From Dickeya solani IPO 2222 (lineage in GTDB: Bacteria > Pseudomonadota > Gammaproteobacteria > Enterobacterales > Enterobacteriaceae), in the NCBI RefSeq assembly GCF_001644705.1, contig NZ_CP015137.1, positions 570,001 to 602,000 on the forward strand: 32,000 nt of DNA, given 5' to 3'. This document shows positions 27,801 to 32,000 of the stretch, one piece after another (positions within the stretch are counted from its first letter, which is position 1; each line of letters begins with the position of its first letter). Both the position numbers and the translations under genes were made by a program. Below the pieces are notes generated by a model, which saw nothing but the letters and a program-made list of their open reading frames with translations, was not told where the DNA came from and ran no database searches.

Positions 27801-28116
27801 TTCCATTTCCTGCCAGACAAACTTTCAGCGGCTTAACCTCTGGAATACCTAATAATGGCAGGCTGGTTTGATGTTCCTCATCTGCCGATAAACGATACAG
27901 CTCATCCCAGGTAAGCAGCCAGCGATCGGATAACTCAACGACATACTCTTCTTCTGAAAGCTGCTCCATATAGGCAACCAGAGGCCACAGAGCATCCTCA
28001 TCAGCAAGGTTAAATAAAAACGAGAGGCCTGACTCTTCAACCTGATAACGGTGACTCATCAGTTTTTCTGAGGATGAATTATTACCCTTGAACTTACTGA
28101 GCAGGCGTTTCAGCAT
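24874..28116 (-). CDS. zorD: ZorD: SNF2-family ATPase/helicase with a roughly 580-aa N-terminal domain of unknown fold (Zorya type I effector component)
   Basis: 1080 aa. SNF2 motifs: I LADDMGLGKT (GLGKT = 26263-26277), Ia IVAPVSLLDNW, II VCDEAQKIKN (DEAQ = 25912-25923), III ACTGTPVEN, IV VIIFTE, V LSTVAVGFGVNV, VI QATDRAYRIGQ. Its ATG overlaps the zorC stop (TAATG). Size and position match ZorD of type I Zorya. Confidence 0.88.
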   Translation of the reverse strand: MLKRLLSKFKGNNSSSEKLMSHRYQVEESGLSFLFNLADEDALWPLVAYMEQLSEEEYVVELSDRWLLTWDELYRLSADEEHQTSLPLLGIPEVKPLKVCLAGNGSLSDPEFSVYTRDWKESATDRSVQIEKTGAIFNSPEGQFLQTWENWQLLSALQQFRDEQQRSAGENTNQLGWAKIRRFAKKALAELDNYLAKTIVVKPESLKLKLRKATIYNTPVIEIEPSFDDQPAQWLNSFDNNKLVQDQYRVLGEDGSLSHVIISPEVKEVLSSVHSITGRRVAGDDAVSFIRNPYTFIGEEAASVVPPEQHEEALQDAHIFFHRFSVTPVLDDEAKRILSVSLVLEPIAARPQPAIAFSLTKAYEFEGFIQELAVKLASGLPAGIWQGYELELSQLTLEQLEQYQSLLLRWQQEIAGIEFDEVLDLNKYGDRVIGIGEFEKISSPFLMKGESEEWLPETLGEALLASDFFEGWELQSQEQLSDLEERIESAESQQETTVSMPWNEQSLPIDDAKSLLKNWQKKIETLESDTDKDITEPEKRAVLQIEQNIEHAAYIKQRREALLNAKDAEPVLPVLLKEHIHLREHQQQGLAWLQQLFLKSPEETSGCLLADDMGLGKTLQILAFIVWYIEKNPDGLPTMIVAPVSLLDNWERELDNFFHAENLEVLKLYGNAVKAVKFHKDEIPAELRAQGIKNLLRPGWVGSAKIVLTTYETLRDQEFSLARQKWSIMVCDEAQKIKNPAALITHAANAIQARFKVACTGTPVENTLVDLWSLFDFAQPGLLGALNDFGKQYLRPIEGSTERDSFVLESLRRIIEVQTLRRTKEDVAKDLPAKVEDTSCKQLIMSPLQRDLYISSIASYQNRQRVQDELAQSGMGMLGLLHRLKLICAHPYSVKPDSRLRGHSPKLEWMMRKLKDIANRGNDKVIIFTELRDIQRELQYAIHQQFGFKPYIINGDTSTKSENANSRQKLIDTFQEQPGFGIIILSTVAVGFGVNVQKANHVIHFTRCWNPAKEDQATDRAYRIGQTKDVYVYYPTITDDSMSTFEETLDLLLQKRRALARDMLCIQGDLVSEDFNQLLT

Positions 28117-29801
28117 TATTTACTCCAGAATGTCAGTGGATCGCCATTTTTTTGTTTAAAACCTAAGCGGATAAGCTTTTCAACGTTTTCTGCATTACGT
28201 GAGGAAAGTCGAACATGTAGCGCTCCGCCAATATTACGCTTATCACTCACTGTGGCATTAAGTTGTTTAAGCAAGCTACGAATCTCTTGTTCACGCGTTC
28301 CTTTCGTTGCATTTTCTGACTGCGCATTTATCGTATTTACAGCGATTGGCGATGGCGATGCAGAAATATCAGCGGGTTGGTATTTAATACCTAATTTATG
28401 AAGTTCATCTTCATAGTTAATCATCCATCCAGTGAGATGATTATCACTATAGCCAAAAGCTGTTGGGGCATGACGATGCTTTATCGTACCGGCTTTTAAC
28501 TCATAATTTAAATGCAAGTCACTCTTTTCAGGGTTAAACGGTGCAGAGGACAACTCATAAACATATAGCGCGTTGCCTGTACGAGAAAATTCAACAAAAA
28601 GATAATTACCGATCTGCATAATTACGGCATTATCTGCGCTATTTCCCCCAGACAAACTACTTAGCCGTCCCTTATTTTTTTTCCGGAACGCGACGAAATC
28701 AGAATGCATGTTATGACGAGCATCTTGCCCTATCACTATGCGCGTGAACCCCATCTGATTGGCAAACCGTAACCAATAGAATAACCGCGCCTGATCAGCA
28801 TCATCATTACCCTTCAGCAACTGGAAAAAATGCGTCAAATCCTCTTTTGCCAGCCAGCTACGTACCATGCCGCAAATTTTTTCGCTGGTATCAGGATCTT
28901 TCAAATGAGTAAGCCAGAGATTTTGTTTACTGCGCAGCTGCGGGCTCCCCCAGCTTTCCAGCACCATCTGCTTAAGCTGTGTATGTGGAGTATTTCTGAA
29001 AGAAGAACGGTAATACTGCGTTAAACACACGCGTAAGATGATATTTTTATACCTTTCTCGCTGGCGGGCGAGCTCCAGCAGATTAGGCAGGTGCTGCTTA
29101 AATGCCTCATCATCCAGTTCTAAAATTTTGGCTAACAGCACAGCAAATGCCCGGTACCAAAGCCAGCTATCATCGGGAACCTGGGCAACGGTTTCCAACG
29201 CAGAAAAATCAACCAGCTTTCCAGAGCTCATTTTATTTGCCAGCAAATTCCCGGCATCCGGTGTGAACAAGTCCTGATATTCATCAATCACCGCCATCCA
29301 GCGCTTTTCTCGACGCACCTGGCCTTTAATCACACAATAGCCAATACGAAGCTGATCGCGTAACGAACACCAATTGTTATTCTCATCAGGCTTTTTTGCG
29401 TGATAGCCAAAATAGCTGCTACATAAAAACTTCCACTCCCGCCGTTTGAGTTTTTTGCTGTCTATACGCTGCTGGATCTCCTGCTCAACCCGGTTATAAA
29501 GCGAATCATCCTCCAGCAGCACCGGGAATGTCGCATCAGGGTCACTATCTGCCAGGCCCGCAAATATCAACTGCCAGTCGTACCTCGTTAGCACTTTTAA
29601 CTGACGAAGCGCAGCAATCGCTTTGTGTCGTTTTGTCAAAGGAGGGACTGTCGTCCGCTCGCTTTTCTCCATTTTGACGGCCAGATATTGCTCTGCGGCC
29701 CTGAGCTTAGGAAAATCACCAAAAGCCGTTGCTTCCGTGTCGATATGCCGCTTGACGGTGGCGGCAATCTCCGACGATAGGCGGGATAAGGCGGAGATCA
29801 T
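28116..29801 (-). CDS. zorC: ZorC: Zorya type I component (expected EH-signature domain protein)
   Basis: I prefer the ATG at 29801 (MISALSRLS.., 561 aa), which forms an ATGA overlap with the zorB stop. The longest ORF starts at 29822. There are no TM segments or obvious catalytic motifs by eye. The assignment rests on size and on its position between a MotB-like gene and an SNF2 gene. Confidence 0.75.
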   Translation of the reverse strand: MISALSRLSSEIAATVKRHIDTEATAFGDFPKLRAAEQYLAVKMEKSERTTVPPLTKRHKAIAALRQLKVLTRYDWQLIFAGLADSDPDATFPVLLEDDSLYNRVEQEIQQRIDSKKLKRREWKFLCSSYFGYHAKKPDENNNWCSLRDQLRIGYCVIKGQVRREKRWMAVIDEYQDLFTPDAGNLLANKMSSGKLVDFSALETVAQVPDDSWLWYRAFAVLLAKILELDDEAFKQHLPNLLELARQRERYKNIILRVCLTQYYRSSFRNTPHTQLKQMVLESWGSPQLRSKQNLWLTHLKDPDTSEKICGMVRSWLAKEDLTHFFQLLKGNDDADQARLFYWLRFANQMGFTRIVIGQDARHNMHSDFVAFRKKNKGRLSSLSGGNSADNAVIMQIGNYLFVEFSRTGNALYVYELSSAPFNPEKSDLHLNYELKAGTIKHRHAPTAFGYSDNHLTGWMINYEDELHKLGIKYQPADISASPSPIAVNTINAQSENATKGTREQEIRSLLKQLNATVSDKRNIGGALHVRLSSRNAENVEKLIRLGFKQKNGDPLTFWSK

Positions 29802-30541
29802 AACGGCATCTCCAACTGACATTTTTCTGCTGTGGGTCCGGCAACGCTATCCACATCTACCGCAGCTTTATCATGTTCATCTTTCAGGCCAAAGAACTGC
29901 ATGCGCAATTCAACGCGGCGGCTGGCCTCTTTACTCTCTTTAGCATTGTTAAACGAAACGCCACCCGCAAGAAATAGCTTGCGGATCTGCTCCTGTTGCA
30001 GGGGCGTTATCTGCTGCTGTAAACGGCTACGACTGTCGAGTAGGCTACACATCACCCATTCTGAGCGCTGTAACGAAAGATGTAAGTTATACAAATAGGA
30101 GCCGTCGGTATCGGTAAAACCTTCAATGACAATTTGTTTAAACCACTTTTGCCCTTCCTCGCTGTTTGCGGCCTCCAACACCAGCGGCACAACATCCTGT
30201 AGCGCTTTCTGACCGTCAGCATTGAGGAAAAAGCGGTTGTGGTCGAAGCGGCCCGCTTCACCAAAGCTGATACGGTTATCACGGCAATCAACAACAATGG
30301 TTTTATTGAGGTTGCGGGCGTGCAACTCTAAACGCTCACAAAGGCGGGTAATATCCTGCCCGCGTAATTTCTCACCCTGCTCTACACGCTGGATCCGCTG
30401 CGTCACCGAGCTTAATGAAGCAACCATGACGACCAGAAACAACACCATCATGGCCATCATTAGATCCGCATAGGAAATCCAGAAGGGTTTCTCTGCTTCA
30501 TCCGTGCGCCGGGTCTTAATACGAAATGTTTGACCGAACAT
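29798..30541 (-). CDS. zorB: ZorB: MotB/OmpA-like stator subunit (single TM segment with invariant Asp, C-terminal peptidoglycan-binding-type domain)
   Basis: 247 aa. N-terminus ..KPFWISYADLMMAMMVLFLVVMVASL parallels the MotB segment (..AYADFMTAMMAFFLV..), with Asp26 at 30464-30466. The C-terminal region ..VIEGFTDTDGSYLYNLHLSLQRSEWV.. fits the OmpA/MotB pattern G.TD..G....N..LS..R. An SD sequence (AGGGGGG) lies in the 13-nt gap after zorA. Confidence 0.88.
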   Translation of the reverse strand: MFGQTFRIKTRRTDEAEKPFWISYADLMMAMMVLFLVVMVASLSSVTQRIQRVEQGEKLRGQDITRLCERLELHARNLNKTIVVDCRDNRISFGEAGRFDHNRFFLNADGQKALQDVVPLVLEAANSEEGQKWFKQIVIEGFTDTDGSYLYNLHLSLQRSEWVMCSLLDSRSRLQQQITPLQQEQIRKLFLAGGVSFNNAKESKEASRRVELRMQFFGLKDEHDKAAVDVDSVAGPTAEKCQLEMPL

Positions 30542-30554
30542 AATTCAGCCCCCC

Positions 30555-32000
30555 TTATGCCGACACTTTAGAAAGCACTTCTTCAAGGGTTTCAATACTT
30601 TCACCAAGCTCGTCAATACCGCTTCCCAGACGTTTAACGGCGCTGTCTAAATTGGCATCCAGCGCCCCTAACGTGGTATCCAGGCTTGTTTTCATGCCGT
30701 CCGAGAACTGATTGAATCCATTAGCCAGCACCTGTCCTGCGTTTTCGAGGAACTCTTTCGCTTCGCGGTTGTAGTCATGCAACCCTTCATTGTGCTGTTT
30801 CAGTTCTTTCAGGAATTGGCTACGTGCCTCCAGCTCAGACTGGGCATTGGCAATAATGCCTTCCAGCAGCGTGATTGATTTTGCGACCGCCTCACGGTTA
30901 TTACGATAATCCGCCACCACCGAGCTAAGCTCCTGGCTGGCCTGGCTCAATGTATTTCCCGCGCCTTGCGCCTTAGTAAGAACATCAGCAGTAAGATGAT
31001 TAGCGTCTTTAACCTTGTCTCCCGCGGTTTCAAAACGCTCAGCAGCGAGGCGCATTTTATCGGCTCCGGTATTCATATCCTGCAAGTGAGCAGACGTCTG
31101 CTCTGCCAGTTTGCGCAGCGTACTTTCCGTAGCGCCCTGCTGTTCATTCAACGCATTAAGCAGCGAGCGGACTTGTTCGTCAAAACCGGCAATAATCTGC
31201 TGAGTTTCCTGATGAAGAGAGGTCTGAGTATCCTGCTGATGACTAGCCAGTTGCTGCTGCCCCTGTTCAAGCTGAGTAAACAATGAGCCCAGTTTTTCGC
31301 CTAACGCCTCAACGGACGCCGCCATTTGTTTCATGGTTTCACTTTGGCCTTGCTGGGACGTTTGCTGGATAGAGTCAATAAACGCTTTCATTTGCTCAGC
31401 CATCGCTTTTTCACGCACTTCACTGTCGGCAAATATTTTTTCCAGCTGCTGCGCCATCCGCTCACCCGCGCCTTCACCTTCGGCACCAATTTTGGCGACG
31501 GACGATTGCAAGCTGGCAAGCATATCGTTCATCCCAGCCTGCATCGCTACCTGTCCGGATTTCATCTCATTCAGTAGCTGTGACATCAGCTCAGCGCTGC
31601 CCTGCCGAGTGTCTTCACTGGCATTACGCATATCCTGTAACAAACCGGCAAAACCCGATTGCATAGCCTCAATCGCGCCAACAGATTGCCCCATCATCTG
31701 CTGCATATTTTCGAACTGCTTGCCAAAGGTATTGTCGAGTTTTGACATAAATGCCGTCAGGACATCCTGCAACATGTTCTGTACCTGACCCGACTGATCG
31801 CCACTGGCCGTCTGTACCGCACCCGCAATTTTATCTAACGGCGACTTCAGACTATTTTCGATGGCACCACTCACTTGCTCGGCAAATTGCTGACCAGTAT
31901 CCCGGTAGGTGGAAGATAAGGTGTGCGCTAGTTTTTCATTTTCAGCGACCTGACTTGCCACCAGGTTCTGCAGCATATCGCGGAGATCGGTCACCAGGCT
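30555..32000 (-). CDS. zorA: ZorA (MotA/ExbB-like stator subunit): C-terminal coiled-coil tail only; the 5' part lies beyond the window
   Basis: The frame stays open to base 32000 (..SLVTDLRDML..). At least 481 codons are visible, Q/A/E/L/S/M-rich with one Pro, no Cys and no Trp, and no TM segment, which is consistent with the long ZorA tail. The MotA-like membrane domain cannot be seen here. Identity is inferred from the downstream zorBCD. Confidence 0.75.
   Translation of the reverse strand, partial: SLVTDLRDMLQNLVASQVAENEKLAHTLSSTYRDTGQQFAEQVSGAIENSLKSPLDKIAGAVQTASGDQSGQVQNMLQDVLTAFMSKLDNTFGKQFENMQQMMGQSVGAIEAMQSGFAGLLQDMRNASEDTRQGSAELMSQLLNEMKSGQVAMQAGMNDMLASLQSSVAKIGAEGEGAGERMAQQLEKIFADSEVREKAMAEQMKAFIDSIQQTSQQGQSETMKQMAASVEALGEKLGSLFTQLEQGQQQLASHQQDTQTSLHQETQQIIAGFDEQVRSLLNALNEQQGATESTLRKLAEQTSAHLQDMNTGADKMRLAAERFETAGDKVKDANHLTADVLTKAQGAGNTLSQASQELSSVVADYRNNREAVAKSITLLEGIIANAQSELEARSQFLKELKQHNEGLHDYNREAKEFLENAGQVLANGFNQFSDGMKTSLDTTLGALDANLDSAVKRLGSGIDELGESIETLEEVLSKVSA

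Larger units (their letters stand above)
24128..32000. mobile_element. tRNA-Arg-associated low-GC genomic (defence) island; only the tRNA-proximal boundary is visible
   Basis: Base composition changes abruptly right after the tRNA 3' end. Sampled lines sit in the low-to-mid 40s % GC, against the high 50s or more in the out cluster. The content is Zorya genes plus small orphan ORFs. No integrase or second att copy occurs inside the window. Confidence 0.6.

Noticed and set aside
31333-31788. 151-aa plus-strand ORF (and 30966-31286, 31326-31577) opposite zorA
   Set aside because: They are antisense to the long helical-tail ORF. Cys/Ser/Ile-rich reverse-frame translations of a Q/A/E/L-rich gene are not credible.
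1-32000. Search for CRISPR arrays, rRNA genes, IS elements, transposases and integrases
   Set aside because: No regularly spaced direct repeats with unique spacers were found. No rRNA-like segments were found. No ORF has transposase or integrase signatures (DDE, or R-H-R-Y tyrosine recombinase patterns). The only tandem repeat is the 10-bp array at 16971-17020.

Overview
This window looks like a Dickeya-type (Pectobacteriaceae) chromosome: a GC-rich core followed by a lower-GC island. Bases 1-1053 hold the end of a catecholate-siderophore operon (entA/cbsA-like, entH-like). Bases 1461-4432 hold housekeeping genes: an OYE flavin reductase, a YdeN-like hydrolase, a YbaK-family deacylase and a 24-codon YpdK-like membrane peptide. 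Bases 4629-18519 carry a complete Out type II secretion cluster. outC-D-E-F-G-H-I-J-K-L-M and outO are on the minus strand, with no outN. A 1.2 kb AT-rich control region separates outC from divergent outB, and outB is convergent with the pilotin gene outS. Next come alaC, a class IV (D-amino-acid type) aminotransferase and a large MscS-family channel. A tRNA-Arg(UCU) gene at 24051-24127 marks an abrupt fall in GC content. The main finding lies in that island: a tightly coupled four-gene minus-strand operon, at least 7.1 kb long and running off the window edge. It encodes a MotA-like protein (only its long coiled-coil tail is visible), a MotB/OmpA-like protein, a 561-aa protein with no obvious motifs, and a 1080-aa SNF2-family ATPase. 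Content, order and sizes match the type I Zorya anti-phage system (zorABCD), which has been described, so it is not strictly new. Secondary observations: a five-copy 10-bp phased repeat in the outC/outB control region; N/S/G-rich low-complexity insertions in OutD, OutK, OutJ and OutG; a small two-gene module (one gene missing from the ORF track) plus a perfect 16-bp palindrome next to zorD; and an ERIC-like palindromic element. No CRISPR array, rRNA, IS element or integrase was seen.
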